From the NCBI GenBank assembly GCA_964016885.1, contig OZ024740.1, positions 169,942,001-170,006,000 on the forward strand: a stretch of DNA of 64,000 bases, in the 5' to 3' direction. Positions 12,113-26,304 of this stretch are shown here, piece after piece. A model generated the notes under the pieces. The model made no database searches. It had not been told where the DNA came from and saw only the letters and a list, made by a program, of their open reading frames with translations. This DNA is from Eledone cirrhosa. Taxonomy: Eukaryota. Numbering within the stretch: the first letter of the stretch is position 1; each line of letters starts with the position of its first letter. Position numbers and translations under genes: made by a program.

Positions 12113-12157
12113 ATAAGGGTGAAAGCAGCGATTCTTTGCTTAAACTTTAATCTGTTA

Positions 12158-12203
<46 letters not shown>

Positions 12204-12596
12204 GGCGGTGGACAGATTTCTGAATTAGGGCTGCCAAATTTAGTCCATTTAGTTGTAGTGATTAGTTTAGCTCTTTGCACTCTAAAATGGTCAGAAAAAT
12301 TCGATATGCGATAAACATAACATAGATTGTAGCGCATATCCAAATAGTTGTGTATTTTGGTGGTTTGGAGAGAAAAATACAAATATTAGAGGGGGAGGGC
12401 ATCCCCTCTCCAGTTCCAGCACTCTATATGTATATATTGACAAGTTTATTTGTGTTTTAACCTTTGATTTATACTCCGATGATGTTGGCCTTCCTTCGAT
12501 GAAACGATTGTTCGTAATTAAATGTTCTAAAACGTTTTTGATCGTTGTTTATAAAGTATATATATACATACATTTATTATGGTTATTGGTCAGATT

Positions 12597-12687
12597 TGTT
12601 ACTCTAATGTTTCGCCTGCGCACTCACAGGATCGTCAGACAAGACTGGTGATCCTGTGAGTACCCAGGTGAGACTCCAGAGTAACAA
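12597..12687. ncRNA. Two head-to-head hammerheads (minus 12597-12642 with intact core; plus 12645-12687 degenerate)
   Basis: Minus: ttgt-CTGACGA-tcctg..cagg c-GAAA-cattagag-TA-acaa. Plus: CTGGTGA-tcctg..cagg t-GAGA-ctccagag-TA-acaa. Confidence 0.7.
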
Positions 12688-12899
12688 AGTTCATCACGTA
12701 GCCATAATAAGTGAATATTTAAACTCCTTCGGTATTGACTTTTGGGACCCGAGAGTACAACCAAACTCTTTCCGTATCTACTACACGGCACATTCCCATT
12801 ATCCCTTTTTATATATCTACAACTACCACATTCTCCGTATCTCTATATCTAAGATACAAAACACTTTCGCAACGTCGCTCTTTATAGCAATCGTCTCCA

Positions 12900-13868
12900 A
12901 ACTCTCCCCATCACCATCCCTATCACACTCTGTCGTATTCGCTCTCTCTCTATCCACCACAAACTCCCCGCCCCCACATCTTTTACGACAATGCCTCATC
13001 TTGTCCCCCCTCTATATATTTAGCAATATTTATCTCCCAATCCCCTCATCATATCTACAAGCATTGAAATCTCCCCCTCTCTATATCTACTACACGACAC
13101 TCTCTCTCCCAATACCCTTATCTTTATCAATTAGCAGCAAACTATCCCCGACTCTATATCTACCATACAGCAATCTCATTCCCTCATCTACCATACAACA
13201 CTCTTTTATTCCCTCTCACTCTATCCATCACTACCAAACGCACCCCCTCTCTATACAGCACTCTCTCTTAATCCCCCTCCCTATATCAATTAACACCAAT
13301 CTCTCACCCTCTCTATATCTACTACATGGAACTCTCTTTTAATTCACTCTCTATATTAATCTACACAATACTCTCCCCCTCTCTATATCTATAAACGGTG
13401 CTCTCTTCCAATTCCCTTCTCTAAATCAATTAACACCAAACTCTCCACCTCACTATATCTATTACACGGAACTCTCTTCTAATCCCCCTCTCTATATCAA
13501 TTTACACCAAACTCTCTCCCCCTCTATCTCTACTACACGATGCTCTCTTCCAATCCCCCTCTCTAAATCAATTATACAAATCTATCCCCTTTCTATATCT
13601 ACCATACACCACATTCTCTCATTCCCTCTCATTCTATCCATCACTACTAAATCTCTATATCAATTAACACCAAACTCTCCCCCGCTTTCTATCTAATATA
13701 CAACACACTCTTCCAATCTCCCTCTATATATCGATTAACAACAAACTCTCCCCTTCTCTATATCAACTACACGGAACTCTCTTGGAATACCCCTCTCTAA
13801 ATATATTGCACGGAACTCTCTTGAAATACCCCTCCTTATATCAATTAACGCTAAACTAACTCTCCCAT
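12900..13868. repeat. Degenerate pyrimidine-rich minisatellite, ~70-bp unit
   Basis: ctctcttccaatccccctctctatatcaattaacaccaaactctcc...ctactacacgg recurs at e.g. 13401, 13472 and 13543. Confidence 0.8.
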
Positions 13869-13888
13869 ATATATATATATATATATAC

Positions 13889-14425
13889 ATGGTGGCTGCC
13901 AACTCGATTTCGAGTACGGCCACTACTTTATATCCATGGAGGAGAACTCCTACCGATGCGCTGAACGAGTGTGACTTTTTAGTCCAGCCAGCGACTTGAA
14001 AACTCTGGTACAAACACTACACTTGTGACAAATATTGACACATAGTGCTGGGCCCATGGTACCATGTAACGACAAGTGCAGAGAGATCTCCAGATATAAA
14101 GCAATGCCTGTGCCGTGAAGCATTTATAGTGAGCAAAGGCACTGCGCAAAGTCAGTCCCACTCTCTTAACCAAGATGATATTTACCAAAAAGAAGAACAA
14201 GGCAAAATCATTGGATACCATCAGGGTTGCAGGTGTTATATCAGAGTGTTCCTTCTCCTAGAATTCTGCCTTGACAAAGGCTAATGGGTCATCTCTCCCG
14301 GTGATTTTGGATGGCCATTGACTCTTACGAGCTCCTTTGTCCTTTGACAGGTTTTGTTTTTAGTCCTGCAGGATGTCCAAAGTCACCCTCCTCACCAAGA
14401 AACCTTTAGTCGCCAACGACTGGGA
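13889..14425. repeat. Dispersed repeat family E (~540 bp; SINE or LINE-5'UTR-like)
   Basis: Near-identical inverted copy at 35405-35957, partial copy at 32545-32810, diverged relatives at 34075-34400 and 38868-39175. Confidence 0.85.
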
Positions 14426-14524
14426 TACATGTTACCAGTAGCACCAGCTGGTGACCTGACATACATATACATACATATATATATATATACATACATATAT
14501 ATATATACATACATACGTTACTCA

Positions 14525-14890
14525 ATAGAGTGTGTAGATGAAAGATCAGAGAGTCAACACAGGTAGAGCCACTACTTCTCCGAAATGAGAGATCAGTGTT
14601 CGATACTAATGGCATGTGATTAGAATGTCTTAGGAAAGAATCGTTGGATAGATATTTCGGGTAAAACCAACCGTAAGGAGACCCAGTTGTAGGTCCCGAG
14701 AAAGATGATTGGGTAACATCCATGAGCTTGGCTGGTCTCACTTGAGAATCCAGCCGAATCAGTTGAAGACGGTTGCTTCTGAGAGGACCCGCTGGAAGGA
14801 GTGTTTGAGGAATATGCTCCCACGACCCTCTCAGGAATAAGTGGGTGAAGAAGAAGAAAAAGAAGAAAAAAGACGAAAAAAAGACGAAAA
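14525..14890 (+). mobile_element. RTE-clade LINE 3' end with (GAA)n-like tail
   Basis: Degenerate translation IRESTQVEPLLLR...HVIRM...KTVASERTRWKECLRNMLPRPSQE*, followed by gaagaagaag. Confidence 0.65.
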
Positions 14891-14894
14891 GAAG

Positions 14895-16490
14895 ATTTCC
14901 AGGATCACCAGTTTACCGTTCGGGTCAAAGAATATCCTCTGTGCCTTGAGATCCAGGCTTTTCCGAAAGAGTACTTGCAATTCACCCCCACCCCACACAC
15001 ACACACATTCCATGCCGACTAAGAGATGCGAAGACATCCTAGTCGTTAACGAGGGGGGTCTACTGAGGTCGTGTCGGGAATCCTGACCACGCTAATGACA
15101 GTTACATCCATAGTTAATGGCTTGATTTCGTTTAGCAATCGACCTTTCTTCCAAGACAACCTCTGTCCATATAGATTTATGCAACCTACTCTTAATATTG
15201 CCATGTTGATTGAAAAGATTTATGAGAAAGAGGGAGCAACTTACCCTCTTAAAGCTGTTAAAAATCGAGTCGTTCGACCTCCATACCTGATTAGGCTTCC
15301 TTTGGGAACTCCATTAAAATCCTACTGGTGGCTTTTACATTAAGAGTTCCCATGTTGTAGGAGAAACTCTCCCTAATGATTTTGTATGTTTCAAGAGACA
15401 TACGCACCATCATTAGAGTTTGTGACACTTTAAACGTGCTGGTTCCAAAATTTCACACTCTTTCTCAATATTTTCACTTCGAGCTATGAGGGCCATCAAA
15501 TCATATTTGGCCTGACTCATTATCATGAAGTTTGGTGTATGTATGCTTGGATATAATTTGTTGAGAGTGTATTCTCTGCATTTTCGGGTGTGTGTCTTCC
15601 TGTAAGGCAAGATGTAATCTTGTGTTTTCTTTTTTCTTTCGTTGGTTTTGGGAGTTCCTCTTCATTTTCAATTCGAGAAAAGGGGGTAGTGATGTTTGCA
15701 GAATCTGTCTTGCATATGGGTAGGAGGGTGTGTTTGTGTCAGTGCCTATGTTTGAATTTGTGTTTCGAGGAGACTGAGAGAGAGAGAGTGGAAAAGAAGA
15801 AAGAGAGAGCTTCGCTGGAAGACTCTCTGGGTGGTTTTCACGATGTCCGTTGTTTTTATTTTTTCTGTTGAGATTTTGTTGTTGTTCCTGGTTTTGGAGT
15901 TGATGTTGCAGGTTTTTATTTTGCAGTCACTGTTGTTGATGTTGCGACTACTGCAGTGGCTGGTGCCGCTATTGCTGTTGTTGTTGGTTTGCGGGCCCTG
16001 GTTTTGGAAGCAAAGGTGCCTTGTAATTGCCTGCTTTTGTTGAGGGCAGTAAGCTCTCACGTTGCCAGTTTCCCCATTCAGAGGACAACGAAGCTTTCTA
16101 CTCTCAACCATACAATACAACTTCACTTCTTCAGGAAGACGAATGAGGTTTGCATCTGGTGGATATTTTATGTGGAGTAGCACCTCCAAAATGATCCCAG
16201 ACCAGTTTTCTCCTCGGTCTCGTTTCACTTCGAGAAGGGTGTTGCTTCCTTCTAAGACGATGATATTTACCTCAAGTTGGCTCCCGGAAATCTTGACCCT
16301 TACCGTCATTCTCCTTAAATATGATGGGTAGGGAACATACTTTCACCCCGACTGGATAACACTAATTGCTAGATGACCAGTGATTCTCTCTTAAAGAGCA
16401 TTGAAATTCCCGCAAACTGCCTGGATCTTGCTAAATGCTTTTTGCCGAGCATTATCTCCTTCGGTGTTCTCTCTGCGTCGGTTTGATTCC
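14895..16490 (-). mobile_element. Tx1/L1-clade LINE 5' portion (decayed ORF1 + start of ORF2 APE endonuclease)
   Basis: ORF 15746-16309 has a degenerate zinc knuckle (RCPLNGETGNVRAYC). VLFRKSLDLKAQRIFFDPNGKLVILEI at ~14895-14975 resembles the L1/Tx1 endonuclease. Confidence 0.6.
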
Positions 16491-16899
16491 ATGGTAACGG
16501 CTGTTTTTGTTTGTAGACACGCATCTATATATGATGGTGATCATGATGATAATGATGATGATGAGGATGGTGATGGTTATGATGATGATGATGATGATGA
16601 TGATGATGCAGTAATAAAAAAAAAACTGTTTAAAAATCAAACCAACGACAGCTAGAAGAAATAACTAACAAAGTAAACAATATATTTGACAAAACGCCAA
16701 CTAGAATCATCACAGAAACTAACAATCCCAACAGAGCTGCAAGTATCTACATTGCAAAAGAGTTAGGTCTGAAACAGGCTACACAAAAGCAGATGAAGAA
16801 ACAATAGTGGAAAAGGATAATTGAAGGGGACATAAAATGTTTTGGAAATATATTAATATTTTGGAAAGAGAAAAACGATGTAAATTAAGGTAAAGGGGA

Positions 16900-17340
16900 A
16901 GCGTTGGCAGATAAGGAAGTCAACACCATGTACGCAGATACTGTTGCATCCAATTCAGAGAACTCCCAGAGCAAACTTTGGGCGTTGAGACAGAGTAGAG
17001 ATTGTTCAGCTCAGCTGTTTCTGTTTATTCTGTTATATGATGCGGGCAAAATAGGCTTGGTGTGGAGTCGGATAGCAGGAGGACCCCATGGCCCAATCAA
17101 GAGGTCATAGATGCCATCCGAGCAGATAATGAGGAATACAAAGCTGGGCTTGGAAAATAATCCTTCTTCTTGCACTTGCGATACAAGCAGGCACGAAGAA
17201 ACGCAGCAGAGACAGTAAAAACATCGAAATTTAAAGCATGAGAGGAGTTTGGGTGTAAGATGGAATCCAACTTCAGATCAGCAAATAAAGTGTTCTTGTT
17301 GACCTCCGCCAACTTCATAAGAGATCCTCCTCCACACCTG
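16900..17340 (+). pseudogene. RTE-clade ORF fragment (EN-RT linker)
   Basis: Plus-strand translation RTPWPNQEVIDAIRA..EYKA...RYKQARRNAAETVKTSKFKA*EEFGCKMESNFRSANKVF. Confidence 0.6.
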
Positions 17341-17459
17341 AGTTGACGGTCGGATCCGTCCTACACGTAACAGCTGATGTTTGAGATGAACAGAAAAATA
17401 TTACAGACGGCACAGAACGGTACAATGGGTATTGGCTGTGTAAAGAGGTTATAAAAAGA

Positions 17460-18770
17460 AGAGAGAAATGTGTAAAAACAAATAAAAACAATTCAAACAA
17501 CAAATTCTCCCAAAGGGGGGAAACCTCCGAGGGCCACTCGTGGTGAAAATCGCACAAAAGACAACGGTCACCCTGACCACGAGGGCAAGCGCCCTCGCTC
17601 AATTTTTGCACTCCTCAGTCTACAGGCGGATACTCAGAAAGGGCCAGTTCACTCGAACCAGATTCGCCACTTTCACCCAGCGTTCAACAGACTTACTAGA
17701 AGATAGCACTTGCCTCTCCACCCTGATTTTCCTCTTCAAGTTAAATTTGAAAATGTTAATCAGGGATTCGCCGAAGATGAAAGTGTCCGTCTTCAATCCT
17801 TTTAATCTTGCCCACCATACAATCTCTTTCGCCATGGCCACCAGGCAATGAAAACTGCCTGCTCTTCCTCCTCTTTAAAGGAGGATGGCGGGGCTATCTG
17901 CACAATGGACTCAGTCGATAACCAGATCCGTCCTACGCGTGACAGCAACTGTTCGACATAGCACCAAACATCAGCAGTGCTCGGACACTGAACGAGTGCA
18001 TGCACGACGGTTTCGTCGCCCTGCGCGCATCTCGGACAGGTTCGGCTGACGGCACTTCCGTGCCTGTAGAGCTTATCTCGAACCGGCAACGCTCTCCAGT
18101 AGCTCGCCAGGGATTTCTGGAAGTTGTCCATAAGCCCCAGGCTAAAAGTTCTCTTGAAAAGAAACAACAGCTGATCGTCTTCGACACCCAGGGCCTCCCC
18201 GAGAAAGTCGCCGCTCTTCCCCTCCACAAGTCCGCTATAGAACGTTGAGAAGGATGTTCCAACAATACTAGTGCCCAGCTGGTAGAAGGCTGTGAGCGCT
18301 TGGAGACATTCCAGCTTCCAAGCGCTATCTCTTGGTCTTTTCCTGATCCAGGACTGCACCTCCGTTAATGAGACAAGCTGGGGAAAAACAGGCCTGGCAA
18401 ACGGCGACCACACATGTTCAACGCCAAGGAAGCACCAGAGTGTCACAGCCTCAGCGCATGTTTGCGCATCATCAGCCATGGCATGCCTAGTCCTCTACGC
18501 AACAGGTGTTGACAATAGATGGTCGTCTGACCATGAGATCACGTACCTTCCATAAAAAGCATTTCCTGGTTTAATTTTGCTCCTGTCACTGCTTCATATT
18601 CCTTGAAAGTGGTGCCAAGCATCTGCATATTTTCGGTGCTTGACACTACCATGGTGACGTCGTCAGCGTAAGCCGATAGAGATTTCCCACATCCCAATTC
18701 GCGTGGGACGCCTCTCATCGCCTCATATTTGTGCAGTTACGGCTCGAGGGCTAATACGTACAAGAGCGAA
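17460..18770 (-). mobile_element. Tx1/L1-clade LINE 3' portion (RT end, zf-RVT, 3' UTR)
   Basis: LLYVLALEP (~18740-18768), SAYADDVT (~18654-18677), ALPVRDKL...CPRCAQGDETVVHALVQC, and C-terminus MAKEIVWWARLK; frameshifted. Confidence 0.88.
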
Positions 18771-18776
18771 CTTGTG

Positions 18777-18828
<52 letters not shown>

Positions 18829-19149
18829 CCTTCATGCTTTTTCAAATTCTTCAAAGCCTTCGTGCTTTTTGAAGAATTAGTCGAGAATAATAATATATCA
18901 AATACAGTCAAACATTATTAAAACACAATTTATATAAGCAAAAAACTGAGTATTTTGAATGATAAATATGATGTAGACATAGTTTGTAAATCATGGAGCA
19001 AGTTTCAATTCCACCATGTCTCATAATGCAACAACTATATACATACAGAGCAAACAATTATTACTAAAAAAAACAACACGATCTCATATATGTGATAGTC
19101 TATTGAAAACAGACCAGTTTGTTTGTTGTCATACACACACTATGTCAAT

Positions 19150-19800
19150 ATAGTTGCAATTATTTTATGTGGCTTATGTAGTTATATCAATCAATATATC
19201 TGCACTTGATGTGAGTGTTTTACATTGCTTGAAGATCGTAGTATAGTATAGATTCTCATTACAGAAATGTGAAAGAAATAAACTCGTCACAGTTTTGATA
19301 TTTACTGAAGAAGCAAACTTGACACGTAATATATGTAGACATGGGATCCATTGTAGTAGTGAATCCAACTTTTAGTGTGTACAGATATTGTTAGACTGAG
19401 AAACTGTTGATAGCTATTGTCATTCATTTTCAACAAACACGTTTCGCACAACAATCTCAACCCCATGCCTGACAAACTCTTCCGCTCTAGTATTGGTCTT
19501 CCGTATTGCAATCGGTTTTGAAACATTGCAAGATACACTGACCGCATTACTTAGAGCGAGAGAATGGAATCTTCAATTTTGATTGAGCATACGAATCACC
19601 GAATGTTCTCTAAAGTTGCAACCTCAAGCACATAGTGCATGTTTCAAATGTGGATATGCAGTTTTCCTACTTGCATGTTCTATGACATGGACTTTGTACA
19701 CAACAAACGTACACCCAATTTCAGATTTATTGACGCATACATTCGATCATGTGGTGTGTACTTTGTTTTCTTTAACATCATCTTATTCTTGAGTCTAAAG
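19150..19800 (-). pseudogene. Possible Mutator/MULE transposase remnant (SWIM-like)
   Basis: Highly decayed; only NNICTH*K...WIPCLHIL resembles the CxC...PCxH SWIM finger. Confidence 0.25.
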
Positions 19801-20066
19801 TGCGAAGATACCAACTAGGACTACTTATCTAAATATAACATTCACGTAAATAAAGCTATCTACTTGTCAAATGGAAAATAATTATTGTTAAGAAATATTA
19901 CTTATCATTTACATTACTTGTAAAGTAGCTCATTCCCCATTGCTATCCTCAATATAGCCACGAGTACTATGAAAATTGGGCTGTGAACAAGATTTCATTA
20001 ACTCCAGTCACAGTGACTGCACTATATATATATATATATATATATTTGTATGTATGTGTGTTCGTG

Positions 20067-20117
<51 letters not shown>

Positions 20118-20165
20118 GTACACGCATACACACATATCAATATATATGTACTTATTGTATGTATG

Positions 20166-20252
<87 letters not shown>

Positions 20253-20254
<2 letters not shown>

Positions 20255-20441
20255 CGAAGGAAATGTGGTAAGGAACCAGGTGGACCATAACGCACCAAAG
20301 TACTCAATACTTAGGGTAGTAGAGTGGGTAATAGGAAAAAGTAAGACCCCAACGGCTGATCTCAAGCCGTTTCGACGGCTAATTCTGTACTGAGTTAGAC
20401 GTCGAAACGGCTTGAGCTCAGCCGTCGGGGTCTTACTTGTT

Positions 20442-20445
<4 letters not shown>
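20253..20445 (-). repeat. Family B half-hammerhead fold-back element
   Basis: ...aagaccccaacggctgatctcaagccgTTTC gacggctaattc..gagttagacgtc GAAAcggcttgagctcagccgTCggggtctt...; (TA)n on both sides. Confidence 0.8.
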
Positions 20446-21755
<1,310 letters not shown>

Positions 21756-22110
21756 GTATATATACATATATATATATCAGTTTGACAATCGTCACAGACA
21801 GAAGAATGCGAGAAAGTTCTTCAACCCAAGTTAACAAGGAATCTCTAAAATTCTTCCCATCGAAGTTAACAAAGAACTTACTGGATCTACCAACTCATAA
21901 TATTATTGTGATGATATGATTTGTTTTATAGCATCACTTTCTTCTCTTTGATTTGATTTCTTTTTATTCTTATTCGTTGTATTCGGTCTGTTCTTGTTTG
22001 TTGTATTGTTGACCCATACTAATTTCTTCTCTTATTGACTCTTTCTATATTATTCTTAGATTGAATAAAAACCTTTGATTTGGTACAAAATAATACAATT
22101 TTATTCAATC

Positions 22111-22849
22111 ATGAATCCGAAAATATTCAAGAAAATTCTTCCGGATGATCCTAGTGAATCCGATTATGCCTACTGGAAGAGAATGTTGGCGACCTATTGG
22201 GAAAACTTGTTGTTCCTGACGAAAGTAAGCTGTCAGACCTTCTGGTTCTTTGCGGAGCCAATGCTTATACTCTCATTGAAGAAGCAACATCATTCGATGA
22301 GGCGTTATCCATTCTTGATAATAAATTTCAAAAGAAAGGCTCAGCAATAATGAACCGACATAAACTACGCAACCATCATCAACAAGAAGGGCAATCATTG
22401 GAGGCCTATATTTAAAAGCCCGCGCAAAGAAATTCCCCACTAAGCCCCTAACAGGCGAACAACATAGACAATTGTTGATTCGTGATGCGTTCGTGTCGGG
22501 TGTTCAATCCGCCACCATAAAACAACGACTTCTGGAATCACTTGACGAAAATCTAGATAAAATATTTCAAACTGCTCTCAAATTAGAACTGGCAATAGAA
22601 GAAACACAAAATCTGTCAACAACAACAATACAACCGCCGTCACAACCTGTATTCGCTGCTTCTTCATCAAAATGTTTCTGGTGTGGTGGTTCATATCACC
22701 AAAAATCAGAGTGCCCTACAAAAAATTCAACTTGCAATTTCTGCCACAAGAAAGGCCACTGGGCAACAGTATGTTTTGTTAAAAATAAGAAGGTACTAAA
22801 GAAGATAAAACACGCAGCAGTCTTGAATAATAACGAGGGCCCCGATTAA
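22111..22849 (+). pseudogene. gag: Gypsy gag (frameshifted) with two zinc knuckles
   Basis: LIRDAFVSG..IKQRLLE, CFWCGGSYHQKSEC, CNFCHKKGHWATVC. Confidence 0.85.
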
Positions 22850-22894
22850 GCCTATGATGGCAGTAATCTTGCTGCCTGTTATAAACTTGCTTCC

Positions 22895-25250
22895 GTGAAT
22901 CATAATACAAACCTTTTAATAATTTATGTCAATTCACATAAAACAGAAGGTTTGCTTGACACAGGCTCAGACAAGTCTTTCATTGACATGAACCTCTTGT
23001 CGAAATGGCAAAGTAAATTCAAGAAAACTAAGAATAAGAGTGTAATTTTAGCCGACAACAGTAAACTCATAATACGAGGTACGTTTGAAACAACATTAGA
23101 ATGGGAGGGCCGAGAATACCACATCGATCTAATGGTGGTTGACAAACTCTTTGCTCCAGTAGTTATGGGTCTTGATATACTTAAAAGGCATAAGTCTTTA
23201 ACAATAAAATATGCGGGGGACATGAGACCAGTCGCGATATGTATGTCAATGCAAACTCTGAATTGTGAAGAATATGATTTAATGCCTGGTATCGATACTA
23301 CAAAATTAAAACCATTATCTATACCTCCTCGAAAATACAATAAAGACCAGCAATTCATTAAAACGGAAATCGACAGAATGCTTAAAGCTGGAATAATTCA
23401 TCAGAGCAGAAGCGCATGGAGAGCGCAGTGCTTCGTAATAGATCAAGAAAACAAAAAACGTCTTGTCATAGACTACTCAGGCACTATAAATCGTTACACA
23501 CCATTATATTCATACCCTAATGCCATAATCGAAGACCTACTCAACAAAATTTCAAAACACACGTATTTCTCGAAAATAGATCTAAAGGCGGCTTATCACC
23601 AAATACCCATCAAATCTTCCGACTTTAAGTTGACTGCATTCGAGGCCTGTGGCCGACTATACGAATTTACCCGTCTTCCGTTTGGATGCACAAATGTCGT
23701 TCCAATTTTCAAACGAATAATGAACACTTTCATAGACAATTACAACTTACAAAATACCTACTCATACCTTGACGACATTATTATAGGAGGAGACAGTCGA
23801 AGAACATAACCTAACCTAAAGCAATTCATGAATGCAGCTAACAATGCAGGAAGGCAATTGAATCGAGACAAATGCAGCTTTAATCAAAATAGAATACATT
23901 TCCTTGGACATGTCATAGAAAAAGGTAAATTAAGACCGGACCCTAAAAGGTATAAAGCCCTTATTGACATGCCGTTCCCAAAGACGTTAAAAGAGTTGAA
24001 CCGGGTAATCGGTCTTTTTGCATACTATGCTAAATGGATTAAGGGCTCTTCTAACCTCTCAGTCGTTCTTAAAAAGGCAAGAAACACCATTGATAAACAA
24101 GGTCTATCAAATGAAGAAAAATCTAACATTAATAAGATGAAGGAAGAACTCATAAAGGCATCACTGTGTTCACCCGATTTCACTGCACCATTTATAATTG
24201 AAACCGACGCATCAAATATTTCCATTGGCGGAACTCTATCACAAAATGGTCGTCCAATTGCTTTTCTTAGTAGAACCCTAAATAAGTCAGAAAGAGGACA
24301 TTCCATCATCGAAAAGGAAGCTTGCGCAATTATAGAATGTTGTATAAAATGGAGGCATATGATCAGCGCTGTTCCACATTGTAATATCATAACAGACCAA
24401 CGATCGGTTGCATTTGCCAAAAACACATTTCCAAGATTAAAAACGAGAAGGTAGCCCGCTGGCGACTGGAGCTAAGCGATCTTAACCTTAACTTCTCACA
24501 TAGACCTGGTTCATTAAACCAAGCTGCAGACGCCCTATCGCACTGCTGCTCTACTAAGACGGAACACGAATTATACAGACTATCAATGGACTTTGTGGGT
24601 CCCATGGCTATCTCAAACGGTTTTCGATTTAAGTTAACTATAGTTGACGAGTACTCACGTTTCCCATTCGCCATACCCTGTAAAGAGATAACAACGGACG
24701 TAGTAATTAAACATCTATTGGAGATAGTCTCTATATTTGGAAAACCCAGTTCGATTCATACAGATAGGGGACGTCAATTTGAATCACAAAAACTCAAAGA
24801 TTTCTTATGGAGTAATAACATTATAAAAGGCCACACCATGCCATGTCGACCCCAAGCCAACGGCCAATGCGAAAGAGCTAACGGCACAATATGCAAAGCG
24901 ATAATTCTGGCATTGAAAACAAATAATCTCAATAAAAATGGAGTAACATGATTCCAATCGCTCTGTCGTCTATCCGAGGATTGCTTTGCACTGCTACAAA
25001 CGCCACACCACATGAAAGAGTATTTTCATTCACCAGATCGACAAACAACGGCACAGAAATACCAGAGTTGCTAAATAAACCGGGCACAATCGTGCTACAT
25101 CGACGTCACATAAGAAATAAAGGTGATGATCTCAGGAAAACGTTCAACTCATCGAGACGATCTCACCCCACTTTGCCAAGGTACAATTTGATAGTGGAAG
25201 AATAGACACAGTCTCAACTACAAATCTCGCACCACCAGCATCACCATAAA
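22895..25250 (+). pseudogene. pol: Gypsy pol (protease, RT, RNase H, integrase), frameshifted
   Basis: LLDTGS; KKRLVIDYS, IDLKAAYHQI, RLPFG, YLDD; ETDAS, IEKEACAI, TDQ; MDFVGP, VDEYSRFP, HTDRGRQF, PQANGQCER. Confidence 0.92.
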
Positions 25251-25564
25251 ACAATGGAAATTCAACAACATCGGAGTGTCAGAATAATAACTCCCCAAAA
25301 GGCGCCAATTTAACTCAACCAACAGCAATATATACACATCTGGCAGTTGGGAACGAAAGTATGACATCTACCGCCGATAACAATCCTACAGAGAGTGCTG
25401 AATTCGACAACGATGGATCTTCTGACACATTCTTAACCTCGAATAACGCACCCCAACAACATGAACACGCAGAGGACGCTTAGTAGTGAGGCCAATGCGA
25501 GACAACGATTAACGCATTGTACCAAGGATCTCACACATTTTCCAATATATATATATATATATAT

Positions 25565-25660
25565 GTTGCATTTTCGACTTCATCTTTTTTCTTTATACTT
25601 TCACTCGTGTAGGACGTCTCGTTTTTTTTTTCATTTTGTAAAAAAAACCTCATTTTCATC
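25565..25660. repeat. Short (TA)n-associated repeat (second copy at 27453-27545)
   Basis: gttgcattttcga[ct]ttcatcttttt...cactcgtgtaggac...cattttgtaaaaaaacctca is present twice. Confidence 0.7.
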
Positions 25661-25661
25661 G

Positions 25662-25925
25662 AGGCGATTCTCTTCGTGTGGCTTCGTTGGATTATTTCAA
25701 GTTCTGTTGTTAGTTTGACATTGTGAGGCGACCACAGTTGAGAGTAATAGTCCAGTCGGCTGAGGACAAAAATGCCCCAGAGGACAAAGATGCGTTCCCG
25801 ATCTCTTTCCTGAGAGTCCTCAGAATCCAACCTGCCGTCATTTTGGGGATGTGAACATAAAACGACGTGCCTTTGTTGCAGTGGTCCTGTTTGCAGGTTG
25901 ATAGCAGAGGGCTTGAAATGTTATA
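25662..25925 (-). pseudogene. CR1/L2-like LINE RT C-terminal fragment
   Basis: IFVLSRLDYYSQLWSPHNVKLTTELEIIQRSHTKRI. Confidence 0.7.
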
Positions 25926-26225
25926 TATATTTTATGTATATGACCGGCTTTTCCGTCATAAGGTATAATGTATTGATTTACACAATTCCGTATAAGTAGG
26001 GTGGAACTTGAAAACATATCATTACTAACCGAATTTCTTAACTACACAACCATTACATCGGTGACGAATTCATCCAAATAAAACGCAAAATGTTTAAAAT
26101 TGACTCTACTATTTGTATTGAGTCCTGCATCTTATTACGAAATGTTTGTTGTTATTAATACCATATAAGTAAAATCGCCCCAAATTAACAACGCATACAC
26201 AAATATAGACACCCGGTCATATACA

Positions 26226-26302
26226 CATCTCTGAGGAGATGTCGATTAAAAGTCGTGATTCGATCGGCTGATCAAATCCGAGCTCATCGATATCGAAACA
26301 GC
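26226..26302 (+). ncRNA. Hammerhead truncated in stem III by a family C insertion
   Basis: catct-CTGAGGA-gatgtcgat..atcgatatc-GAAA-cagc| with a 9-bp stem II. Confidence 0.65.
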
Positions 26303-26304
26303 AA

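Larger units (their letters stand above)
21778..25540 (+). mobile_element. Ty3/Gypsy LTR retrotransposon, decayed; putative partial 5' LTR 21778-22097, no 3' LTR seen
   Basis: gag-PR-RT-RH-IN domain order; (TA)n on both flanks. Confidence 0.92.

Noticed and set aside
12470-12525. Hammerhead-like CCGATGA...GAAAcgattgttcgTA
   Set aside because: The core is mutated and stems I and II pair poorly, so it was not counted.
12656-13342. 228-aa Ser/Pro/Leu-rich ORF
   Set aside because: It arises from the pyrimidine-rich minisatellite.
14045-14284. Conserved 79-aa ORF MLGPWYHV... in three copies
   Set aside because: It has a GTG start inside repeat family E. Conservation is explained by recent copying and no domain is recognised.
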